A stretch of 64,000 bases of DNA from Paragordius varius. Taxonomy: Eukaryota > Animalia > Nematomorpha. The stretch covers positions 5,208,001 through 5,272,000 of the forward strand of contig OZ176050.1 of assembly GCA_964247055.1 (NCBI GenBank), read 5' to 3'. Positions 50,230 through 62,647 of this stretch are shown piece by piece. The notes under the pieces are model-generated. The model saw nothing but the letters and a program-made list of their open reading frames with translations, had not been told where the DNA came from and made no database searches. A program made the position numbers and the translations under genes. How positions within the stretch are numbered: the stretch's first letter is position 1; each line of letters starts with the position of its first letter.

Positions 50230-52680
50230 AACTTACCTTGGGCAAAAAAATACAATCAAAAAATTATTTTTGTGGACTTTGATTTTTTTGAAAAAAATGG
50301 CATTTTACGGGAGTAGCGGGTAAAAAGAGGGCCTAAATAAAAAAAGTGAGTCGACTATGTTCGGCGCGATCAAAAATAAGTAAACAAAAATCATATTTGA
50401 AATCGAATAGTCCAACACTTTCTCCGAAAAATTGTCTCTACCTGTTTTTTACACGGGGTAAGCCCGAACTGGGGGCCTTTTTCAAAAAAGGGCGAAGCTA
50501 TTGTCGGGGCATTCATTAATGATTATATTTTTTCGATGTTTGGATTTGATTGGGTTCACCGGTTTTCCGGAAACAGATCACGAAGCCACATGATGAATCA
50601 GTTTTTAGCGGGTAACTCCTTACCCAGCAGCTATCATCAAAGAAACGCTTGACTAAAATTTTTTCCTTTTAACAGGGATTACGTAGAATCCATATTGAAT
50701 TTTTACGGTCTCATACCTAGGGCGAAAAATAGATTTAAAAAATTATTTTTGTGGACTTTTTGAAAAAAATGGCATTTTACGGGGGGAGCGGGTAAAAAGA
50801 GGGCCTAAATTAAAAAAGCGAGACGACTATGTTCGGCGCAATCGAAAATAAGTAAACAAAAATCATATTTGAAATTGAATGATCCAACACGTTCTCCAGA
50901 AAATTGTCTCAAAGACACGATTTTTGTGGAATTCTGTTTTCAAAAAAAACCGTTTTTCACACGGGGTGGGCCCGAACTGGGGGCCTATTTCAAAAAAAGG
51001 CAAAGCTATTGTCGGGGCATTCATTAATGATTATATTTTTTCGATCGGAAAACGGGTATACACATTCAAATCAAAACGTACAAAAAATATCATTAATGAT
51101 TGCCCCGGCAATAGCTTCGCCCTTTTCTTAAATTAGGTCCCCAGTTCGGGCCCAACCAGTGTAAAAAACGTTTTTTTTGAAAAGAAGTTCAAAAAATCGT
51201 GTCTTTGAGACAAATGTTTTGAACCATTCGTTTTTAAATATGATTTTTTTACTTTTTTTCGATTGCGCCGAACATAGTCGGGATCGCTTTAAAAAAACTC
51301 AGAACACAAAAATAATTTTTTGACTCTATTTTCACCCAAGGTATGAGACCTTAAAAATTTAATGAGGATTCCAGATATTCCCTGTTAAAAGGCAAAAATT
51401 TTAATTGCGCGTTTCTTATATTGCCTACTGGGTAAGGAGATGCCCGCTAAAAACTGCCCCCTCATATCGAAATAGCGTGCCTTTGGGACTAAATTTCAGA
51501 AAACCCATCAGGCTATATCAATAGGTGCTTTAAATATTACCCGTAACAAGGCAAAATATGTCGTACGGCTTTTTAAATTTACCGTTAATTAGCCCCTTAC
51601 CCTGAAAAATGCACCATAGAATGATTTTTTAGTTTTGAGGCAATTTTTCCGAAAACTAATGAGAGCATATGGAATCAATCATAATTCCAAGGCGCCTTTT
51701 TTGTTACAGCCTGTGGGTAGGGGCTCCCTGCCTAAAACTAAGCCACCTAGAAGTTAATTTTCAGAAAATTTATCAGGCCATATAAGTTTAATAAGGGCTT
51801 AAAATATTCCCGTAAAAAGGCAAAAATTTTAGTAAAGCGGTTTTGTTGACTTACCCTTCAATTAGGCCCTTGTCCTGAAAAATGCGCCACCATAGAATGA
51901 ATTTTTGGTTGAGGCATTTTTTCGAAAATCCCACGAGAGCTTTTGGAATTAATCATGACTCCAGGTATTGCCCGAATTTAGGCAAAAATTTTAATCGAGC
52001 GTTTTTTTGTTTCGCCCCTGGTTAGGGGGCTACCAGGGTAAAACTACGTCCCATATCGATGCAGCATGCCTTTGGAGCCAAATTTCAGAGAACCTATGAG
52101 TTTAATATATGGAATTCATATTAATTCCATACATTCCCCATATAAAGGCAAATATTTTGCCCAGCGCCTTTTTATACCTGCCGCCACTATATAGAAATTG
52201 CTTGTTTTGGAGCTAAGATACAGAAAATAAGGCATATGAGCTCATATTAAAAGCTTAAAATATTACTCGTAACTAGGTAAAAAAAGTCAGGCGTTTTATA
52301 TAAGTCGTTAATTTGGAGCCTTTATGTCCTAAAAATACGCCATCATATAACGATTATTTTGTGTTGAGGTATTTTTTCGAGACCATGAGACGATGGTATC
52401 AAAGATGATTCTAAATATTTGCCCTATAAAGGCAAAGAATTTAACTCAGCACTTTTCCACAAAGGTCTATGGGTAAAGGTCTACCGGTTTGAAAATGAGA
52501 CGCCATACAAAAATGGCGTGGTTTTGGAGCTAATTTTAAAAAAACTTAAGAAGCCATACGAGTTCAGTTAGACACATTTCTGGGGAATTTGTATAATATC
52601 ATTCTTTCCTTTAAAAAGTGACCACAAATTGCTTTTTATATCCCTTGATCTCAGCTGTGTGAACACAATTTCAAAATAGA
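50230..52680. mobile_element. Helitron family A module arrays in head-to-head orientation
   Basis: Reverse ~500-bp units 50230-51045, inversion junction ~51045-51090, then forward diverged modules to ~52680; termini missing. Confidence 0.75.
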
Positions 52681-52689
52681 ACTCATTAC

Positions 52690-53750
52690 ATGTGTGCATT
52701 AGTTATATTAAAAAGTAATACAAATAATCCACTTTTTCTGTATCTATCAATCTTAGATGTGATTTATTCATTCCAGTCATTCGATTCAAATTGAAGTAGT
52801 TGGATGCCCCAGGCCTATTTAAAATTAAATATTTTAAAAAATATGAAATGAATTGAAACCATGGGAAAATTTGCACTTATATAACATTAATGAACCGAAA
52901 TATATAAAAAGGTTCATTTAAAAATAGTTAATATAATCTATTTTAAGGTAATCAAGGTAAAAATTTAGTCAACATGACATATTGCATTAACTAATTTTAA
53001 AAATAATACAAAAAACCACTTTTTCTGTTTCTTCAATGATAGATGGATTTAAATCAAAAATTAGCTTTAATTTTAGCTTTAAAATCAAATGAACACGATA
53101 TTTTGCTAAAATGTTATAAAAAAATGGCGTGGAAGTAGTTTGATATGGAACTTTTTTTACAAAAATAAATTTTATTTAGAAATTTCGGCTTATTTATATA
53201 ATTTTTATTAGGATAGAAGCATAGATTTTCGGGACCGTTTCTTTCGGTAGTTTTTTTAAAAATAAACTTAAATTTGAAGCTGTTTATTTTGTTATTTTTT
53301 AATTTTACCATTGCACGCATGTCACGTTGACTAAATTTTTACCTTTCGGTTTTGGCTAAAAATAAGTAATATCAAGTATTTTTGAATATATTTTTATATA
53401 TTTTGGTTTATTAATGTTATATAAGTGTAGAATTTTGCCATGGTTTCGATTCTTCCATATTTTTTAAGAATTATATTTTGAGCAGGCCAGGGGTATCCCC
53501 AAGATCTAAAATAAATGTGTTGTATACAAGTGTTAAATAAAAACGATATTTACAAAAAATCTTATAAAATAAAAATGGCGTCGAAATAGTTTGATATTTT
53601 CAATAACTATTCGGATATTTAGGCTTATTTATATAAATTTGTTAGAATAGAAGCATAAAAACAAACCGAGACCGTTTCTATCAGTATTTTATAAAAATAT
53701 CAACTTAAATATAATCTAGGGTATTTAGATACCCCAGAATCGAAGTGTTT
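52690..53750. repeat. Dispersed repeat family B copy with internal inverted repeat
   Basis: AAAAATTTAGTCAACATGACA (~52960) versus CATGTCACGTTGACTAAATTTT (~53318); homologous to 25890-26850. Confidence 0.65.
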
Positions 53751-54563
53751 AGTAATTTATGCGAACTCCGGTAAAATATAATACGCATATAGAAAAAACG
53801 AGCGATTATGAATTATAAAGTTTTCAGCTTGACCCAATCGAAATTAACAGCCAATTTTATAGCTAATTATTTGAATGTAAAATCGGTTTAATAGCTGGCG
53901 ATCCCGACGAGTTTTTAATATTTACTTTTATTCCCTATTATTATTTATTTTATTTTTACCGTTAAAACCAATTCCAAATATTTTTCTCTATAGTGATACC
54001 GATGTTTTAGATGAGGCTCTTAAAAATGTAGGAATATCTTTAACCTAATTTATAATTAAATATATGATATTTGTTGTGTACACAGAGCATAAAATTGATG
54101 GTTGTAGCAATAACCTGATGTAATATATATTCAAATACAAAATGTATAAATCATCCTGGTGCTTTTGGGTTTAGGCGCGAGGAGTATGATAGTAATTACA
54201 ACTTTTGTGGCATTGCTATATCATAAAATGGTCAAATTTGCACATATTTTTTTAAATAATTTTATTTAAGGAGGCTAAACGTTTTATTCAAAAATATCAC
54301 TTTTATATAATTAATTATATAAATAAAAGGCAAACCAATTTTTTTTTTAAACAGCCTCAACTACCGAAATTTATCAAAAAACTATAGAGTTGATATAGGA
54401 TTAATATAGTTATATACAAAACTTTACGATACATATATTCTCTATATTACAGTATAATATATAATTAAGTTGTTCGATAATATTTTTTTTGAATTTTATA
54501 ACGCGATAAATTACTCAAAATATTTACTTTTATAGTTAATTTGTATACAGTTCCTTTTTACAA

Positions 54564-56020
54564 ATGGCAGACGCTGAATATCAAAACGATCAAACTTATG
54601 AGGATGCTAACCAAAACCAATCACAATACGATCAAATGGAACAGGAAAATATAAATGGGTCTGGTGATAACCCTACTGGTAAAAAGGAGACCGTTAATAA
54701 TACAAAAAGAGATGACGACGAAAGGTAAAATTTTATGTGTATGTTTAGAAAATTATTTCTTGGAGGAATAAGTTGGGAAACGACAGAAAGTTTTTTTTGT
54801 TTTTTATAATATATAGATGATTTAAGAAGTTATCTTACCAAATATGGGAATGTCATTGACCTTGTTATTAAAACCGATCCTAACACTGGAAAATCCAGGG
54901 GATTTGGATTTGTTTTATTTGATAGTTCGGACAGTGTGGAAAATGTAAGACTGTTATTTAATTTTAGCTACTTGCTGCTTGTCCACATTCTCTTAACGGA
55001 AAACAAATAGATGTTAAACGTGCCAAAAGCCGTCCAGGTAGAGAGATGATGCGTAAAGTGTTTGTTGGAGGCATGGATCCGAACACAACTGAAGATGATT
55101 TAAAAGAGGCATTCGCTAGGTTTGGAGAGGTTAGTTACATTTATATAGATACTTGTTAAATTTTTTGTATTAATATTTTATATTATCATTTATTTTTAAT
55201 ATAATCAAATAATTTAAATTAGGTCGAAAGAATAGAGCAACCTTTTGACAAAGTTCGGAACCAAAAACGAAATTTCTGTTTTCTTACCTTCCCTACCCCT
55301 GATATTGTAGTTGAAATAACAAAACTTCATAAGATTACCGTTAGAGGTAAAGAATGTGATGTTAAAAAAGCCACCCCTTCGTCCAAAAATATACCCAATC
55401 AAAATGGTATGTTTTAATTTTTTTAAAATTTCAAATATTTATGGGAAATGTTGTAAATGGCATTTTTTTAGCTGGTGGGTACAATGCTGGTTTCGGAGCT
55501 CCTGGTGCTGCCCAATGGCCTAGTGGATATAATTATTACCCAGGTATTTATTTTATTTAAAAAAATATGTTTACCCATTCTGCGAGCTCTTTTTGATATT
55601 CTTTAGATGCAAACTACGGTAATTATGGTGGCTACGATTACTCTGGTTACTACCAAGGTTTCGGTAATTATTTAACTTTTTGGTGTTTTTTACAAATTTT
55701 ATAAATTTATTCTTAATAGGTGGTTATCCGGATTATTATCAAGGCTATTATCCTCCAGCAGCCCAACAAAGTATGTAAAATACAGTTAAGATTGTAAATG
55801 TTTTTAACAGTAAATGTTAAATTTTAGTTGAATGTAACTTAAAGTATTCGGTTATAATATTTATGAGAAAAAATACAAAATAAACATAAGAGAGGTGTAT
55901 TTTCTAAAATTTTAATTTGATATTTTAGTGCCACCTGTGTTTCCACATCAAACGAATGGCGGTAAAGCAAAGAGGGGAGGTATGGCTGCCAGTCATGCTT
56001 ATCACCCTTATCAACGCTAG
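54564..56020 (+). CDS. hnRNP A/B/D-type (squid-like) RNA-binding protein: two RRMs plus Gly/Tyr-rich tail, 9 coding exons
   Basis: Exons 54564-54724, 54749-54789, 54817-54944, 54968-55129, 55223-55406, 55472-55543, 55607-55663, 55720-55770, 55929-56020. Spliced: [53 protein letters not shown]...[14 protein letters not shown]...[36 protein letters not shown]...KRNFCFLTF; C-terminal HAYHPYQR (PY-NLS-like). Confidence 0.95.
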
Positions 56021-56577
56021 AATAAGGTAAAAAATTGTGAAAACAGTTTTGTTCATTATATAATATTGAATTGTTTATTTTAAAAGCATTTTTTCTTTTT
56101 TATATTAACTTAGGTGTTGTAAATGCAAACCCTTCTTAACCATTAGTTGTTCAACTTTCAAAAATATAAATTTAGTATAACTCTCCTCTATTAATATAGT
56201 AACTATGTGGGATGATTGAAGAATAATAATAATTATATTGCATTGTTTTTTCATTGTATTTATTGATAATATCCTTTTTTATTCAACAAAAATTTATAAA
56301 TTTTGTGTTTGTACTTGATTTTATCATATTCCCATTTTCATCAATATCCATACATTTTTATTAAATGGTCTTATATATATAACCGATAATTGTAAATAAA
56401 TGAATTTATACCTTAATTTTTAAAGTAATAATATATCGCGTTTATTTAAAGAAAATTGAATTTTCTCCATCTCATGCAAGTCATCCGTTTTACATTTTTC
56501 GGAAAAGTTAGTATTAATGGATAAATGGATATTTATTCATGTAATTTATTATAGATTTGGAATATATAATTTACAGG

Positions 56578-59500
56578 AATTCACACCGTCAATCTGGATG
56601 TTTACCTATTACATCTTATCACTTTATAAGGTAACAATCAATAATAGTGAAACTCATAAACATTAAACAATTGTTTATTGTTTTTAATTGTTAGTTTGTA
56701 AAAAAAGTTACTTAACGTTTCCAAAATTAATTAAATATCGCTTATCCCATTAACTATGTGCCGATTTCAGAATCAATTTACTTTTGTTAGCCAGATAATT
56801 TTATTTCTTACAAGGTTACATTTACCTTATTTCCTTATCAAAATATCATGATGCTTTATAATACCTAATGTTATAATGCATTTAGGTCTAACAACATTTT
56901 TGGGGACAATTTGAGTGAGTCCCAACCATTCATATCATACGTGGCTTATATTAGAAAAAGTGATTCATTACCTGGAATCTCTAATTTAAAAAATCGTTTA
57001 TATGTGTTCAACACTGAAGATTGGCACATGAATGTATGGAAAAATGCCACTATAAATGAACAAAGGCGAATAAGAAAGGCCTTTAGAACTATTTTTTCCC
57101 AAAAAACGTCATTTAAATATCGGGAAATGATATATCAGCTATTGCCACCCTCACCACCCAAAGAAAGTTTAAATTAAAAACAAGCTTTATAAATATCCAT
57201 TTAATGATACTTTTTCTCTATTTAAACGCATCACTTGATTTGATATCACAAGTTCCATTTGTTATTTATATATTTTACTGTTAAAAAGTGAGATGGGAAT
57301 GTAATCCATTTTTTTCGGGTGTGGATTTTTGTGGGCCCAATGGAGATTGTATTGAATCGGAAAATGAACAATACTCTAGTACTACGGAAACGCAGTACAT
57401 AACAACACTGAACAATGTTACTTCATTCCTTAAGTCAACTCGAATCACTGCATCGCAGGCAGAAGATTTTTTTAAATGCGTATGCAATGATGGATGGCAG
57501 GGTAGATTTTGTCAGGATGGTAAGATTTGGATTGCATTAAGTATTTTAAAAACCATATTTTCACGCCTCCATACAGATTGAAGTTTTTTCCTAATTTTAA
57601 TCTTAAAATATATACCCAAGTTATGGTCCATTTTTTCCAATTTTCAGGTATTTAGGATATTTTGGGATTGTAAAATGAGGTTTTAACGTATATTAACCAC
57701 GATTAATTGTTATCCACGTAATAATTTTAATACAAACGTTTGTTTGTTTTTTCAGTTAGTCAAAGTTTATATTGAAGTTGCAAATTTACTTTTTCAATAT
57801 ATCATACGAATTGATCCACTATCATGCTTATATCATATTAAACAATATTTACTATTATTTTTTGGCTTAAATGATATCTCTGTGATTATTTATAAAATGA
57901 CTATATCAATTTCAATATACCCATATAACTTGAATTTACCACGAATACCCAGCATCACTTCCTATTTAATAAAATAAATCATATAAAATTGTTTAATATT
58001 CCCGTTAACAACTGTAACTTCTTTTGCATTGATGGCACATCGAACATTATGCATGGATGTTTTTTTAATTTAAGTAATTACGAGAGTATTTTTCTGGCCT
58101 TTCTACAATAATAATAATTAAAACTTCAGTAAACTTAAATTTTGACCAAAACTGTTTTACATTTTTAATAAATATATAAAATTGGGTTGTTTTCACAATT
58201 CCAAATTTTATAATCATATGATTTAGGAATTCACTACGTTTACTTCCAGTCATATGAGTTGGGTAGATACGAAACCTTTTATTACAGCTTAGAACTAGTT
58301 TTTAGGGAGGGTCAGTATTCCAAATAATTTTCATGCAAAGGGTTTTAAAAATTTTGATCATCACGGCCGGTGTTGCCAAAAAATAGGAACCAGTCTTAAT
58401 AAAGTTATAATATTTCTTTTTATTAATCATATAAGAACAGTTATACTCAAATTTATGAGCAGCCTTGATCTAAACTTTAAATTTGAGCTGTACTTTTTCA
58501 AATATAAAACTCTTTGAGTTCAAATTAAAATTTTATGCATATAATCAACAACCTGTTGTTTGTGGTTATGCTCTTAAAGTTGTATTCCTCCTTTTGTTTC
58601 GGGTTAAAAACGTTGAAACATTTTGCTCGCAAAACAATTTTGACGTGTGATAAGTATTTTTATTGTTTCAAGGCGCTTGCAACATATAATACCACAATTA
58701 TTGTATACCTGTTTTACATTCAGATCATACTCTAAATAAGTAGTATCATTAATAGTATGAATAATTCAGGCTGGGCCACGATTGACCAACCTAACCTATA
58801 CAGTGAGCATTAAATACAGCATTATATCCGCAGTCTTCAAAGCTATATATTAAAAAATATTTTATGCGGTCTGCGAAAATTGCAAAAGGTTCATCATATT
58901 AATAGGTAATCAGGTCTTTCTTTATATTCTATTTACTTAAGATATATTTTGAAGACTTCATTTAATTAAAATATATAAACTTTAAATAATTATCCGAGTT
59001 TACTTATAAAAGTTTGCAAAATGATCTGGTTTAGTTCTCAAAATAAAATGGGATACCTGCATATAAGTGACAAAAAAAAGGTGTTTGATGACATAAAAAT
59101 CCAAATCAACGATTATAAAATCCTTACTTGGTTAATAATTCAGTTGGAATCATAAAGAAATATGAATTGATCTGGTTCAACCTCTTATTATTAGTTAAAA
59201 GTTCTGTTTAAATTACAAAGGTATGAATGGTTCCTGTTTTAAAAGCATTAGTGTTTGAACCGTAAGCGCTTTCGAATACATTTAAATCAAGCTTAAATTT
59301 GTATTTGTCTTAATCGTATTCAAATTTATATATCGATAAAATTTCCATGCATGTAATACAATGTATAAAACGTGTATTTTACATATTTAATAGGAATAAA
59401 TTAAAATTGGTTGAATTTCGATTCTATACTCATTTACCTACAGCCAATGAGCAAATATAGATTTCCTATATTTTCATAATGACTAAAAATAAACCTATAA

Positions 59501-60443
59501 TAACTTAATTTAAAATCTTAATCGGCTAGCACATAAACAAAAAAACATTTCATATCAGTCTCTTTTAAAGTTTTGGTTTTGCTTGCATTTTAAGAGATGA
59601 TAATTCATTATAGGTGGAGAAATTCTGACTGATTATATGCCATTTTGAAATTAGTTCCTGTTTGCCAGATAAAATATCACTGTATAAAATACCGTATTGG
59701 TCCGATTTAAGCAATTACACTGAAACTGCTAATATATTTGATTTCAACTCGAAATTAGAAATAACTAGGAATGGGAAAGATTATGGTTTTTAAATTTTAA
59801 AAAAATATATTCCAGTCCTTTGTCTACAAACCGGGCCCAGTTTTTTTCGTAAAATCTAAATTCTTAGTGTATAACCCGAGTTCAAATTAGTTTAAAAATC
59901 GGGTTTGGAATTTATCTTTCAAACTTTGGAAATTAAGTTGATATAAAGAATATTTATTTCTAAATTGTAATAAAAATATATTGCCAATATATTTTTACAC
60001 TATATTATATGTATGGTTTTCTATAAAAACAGTAGAACTCAAACCGCCCAAACTGTTATATAATTTGTATCGGTATTATATATGGTGCACGGCCCTTGAG
60101 ACAAGATAAAGATTTTTTGCGACTTTTTAAATTTTTTGGTAAGGGTACCACTGTACTAAAACATATAAAAATATCAGTATTGTACTGTATGATTCATTTT
60201 AAAATGTTTGGATTAGGATAATCATTTAATACGGCAAAAGTAAAAAATTATAATTTTATAAAGTGTTAAGTAATATATCGTGGTCGTCATTTGTAATAAA
60301 AAATATCTTCAAATGATTTTAGATATCAATGAATGTCACATGGAATCTATATGCATGAATGGTGCAAGATGCATTAATTATGAGCCTCCAAAAAAATTTG
60401 AATGTATTTGTCTCCCTAATACATTTGGAAAAAATTGTCAATA
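56578..60443 (+). CDS. EGF-like repeat protein, partial model (possibly Notch-ligand related); continues downstream
   Basis: Exon ~57286-57519 RWECNPFFSGVDFCGPNGDC...FKCVCNDGWQGRFCQD joins exon ~60324-60443 DINECHMESICMNGARCIN...FECICLPNTFGKNCQ (calcium-binding EGF signature). Upstream exons at ~56578-57170 are less certain. Confidence 0.75.
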
Positions 60444-60999
60444 TAGTAATTTTTTCCATTTTAATAAGGATTAAATATACCAATAAGTTTATTTCGTTCG
60501 ATTATTTTTTCTGTTTTATCATTTTTTTGTTTATTTATCTATTAAATTAAGTTTTTAACTTTTCTGGAAAGCTGTTTTTATTTAAACTTGATTTGGCTTT
60601 ATCACTATGAAATGATTATAACTAGACTTACATTAGATATTTAAACCTGATTGACGAAACAAATATTTTTTTTAAAAAGATAATCATACTTTTTTGAAGA
60701 ATGATTCTCTACATAATATATTTTCCGTTTTGAAATATATTAATAAGAGTGTTACCAATTTACATATCTTACATTTTGATTCCCACAAAATAGGTTATGA
60801 TGAAAAATTAGTGTTTCAAAATTCTTGGTGGTCTAGAAAAATATTGGTCTTTTAATTTTACATTTTGTTATTTAACAAGAATCTCAATTTGATTCAAAAA
60901 ATTGACATTTATTTCTTTTTAGCAGGGATATATCGCAAAAATGTCAAAACTTTATATTTTACGCGTTTTTCGTATACTACACTGTTGGCAAAAAAAGGT

Positions 61000-62500
61000 T
61001 TAATAAAAATTATTTTTCATGAGATAACTTATGACCAGCGAATCCTTTGCCGAAAAATTTTTTATTTGTTGACTCAAATATTGAAAAATCAAAATTGGAC
61101 AAAAAGAGTGAAAATAATGATAAAACATGAGATATTTTATAAAAATTCAGATCAAAAAATCGCGTTTTCATTTACCATACTTAAAAGAGAAATTTTTTTA
61201 TGAAACTATATCGAAATATTTTTTTTAGCTAAACTCACTATTAAAATCTTAGCATTTATATTTTATTCTATATTAAAATAAATAAAAAAATATTGTTTTT
61301 TATTTGTCATCTGGTTTATCAGTGTATAAAAATTTACTGTTTTATTTTGGAATCTCACGCGAGCGGGAATTAAAAAGTATATAAATATTTATTAATAGGA
61401 TTTAAAAGTAGTGGAATATCAATTAAAAATCCTTACAAATCCCAGTAAAATATTAATTTATGTTAAAACAAACCTGTTACAGAGATTTATACGGATTGTT
61501 GGTTGATATTACACTGCAAATATTTTACACTTTTATATACTTTTAAATCCGGTCATGTAAGATTCCAAAAGAAAACAGCAAATTTTTTAAACACTCTTAA
61601 ACCAAATGACAAAAAAGAAAAAAGAATATTTTTTTAGTTTTATTTTGATATACCATTTGCACTTCAAGAGTGTCCTTGAATACTTCAAGTTGGTCCTTAA
61701 AATTTTAATTCAATCATGATTTTTGCATGTATTTTTTAACCTAATTCTCTTTATTAATTATATTTATTCATTTAAAAATAAATTTTTTTATTAGAAAACC
61801 ACTTTTTTTAACTAATTTTTTTTCTATATTAAGTTTTAATGTTTTCAAAGAAAAATTGTAAATAATGACACAGAAAACTTATATATTTTTAAATTACATG
61901 TTAAAATCTTATAAATAAAAATGATTTTAAGAAATTAATAAAGATATATGGTTTCTCAATGATAAGTTGATATTGATTTAAAATTTATGTAAAATATTAG
62001 AAAATAGGTTAAAAACGATAAAATAGATAAATGATATAGATGTGATTGATAAAAGTTTAAAACAAAACAAAAAAGTCAAAGGACCAATGAAGCGTTCAGG
62101 GACCAACTTGAAGTGTTCAAGCACCAACTTGAAGCATTCAAGGACACTCTTGAAGTGCAAATGTATATATAAGTTTTTTATTGAAAATATATATAAAGGT
62201 TAAGATTTTAATAGTGAGTTTAGCTAGTAAATAATAAAAAAATATTTTAATATAGTTATATATTTTTTTTTGTCTTTTAAGTACGTTAATAGAAAAACGA
62301 GATTTTTTGATCTGAATTTTTATAAAAACCCTAACTATATTGTTCAGGATATTTATAAATTGATCTGCTAATATGATAATAATAAACCATAATATCTCAT
62401 GTTTTATCATTATTTTTTAATTATCCTTAATATTAACTTTGTGTCCAATTTTGATTTTCTCTCAATATTTCAAAACTTAGAGTCAACAAATAAAAATTTT
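61000..62500. repeat. Foldback element (second copy of the 22050-23190 family) interrupted by a MITE
   Basis: CTTATGACCAG, TAGCTAAACTCACTATTAAAATC (61228) / GATTTTAATAGTGAGTTTAGCTA (62205), GGAATCTCACG / CATGTAAGATTCC. Confidence 0.75.
61653..62163. mobile_element. TA-flanked MITE with 21-bp subterminal repeats (homolog of 145-740, opposite orientation)
   Basis: TA|CCATTTGCACTTCAAGAGTGTCCTTGAA ... TTCAAGGACACTCTTGAAGTGCAAATG|TA; absent at the equivalent position of the 22-kb foldback copy. Confidence 0.8.
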
Positions 62501-62647
62501 GTTAAAAAAAATTAACCCTCTTTTTTGCGCACAGGGTTACAATATGATTAACTATACATTGCTAATTGTTGAGTGGTATTTTTTTATAAAAGTCAAAAAT
62601 CATATATATGTTTATCATGTAATTTATCAAATTTTTCATATATTATT

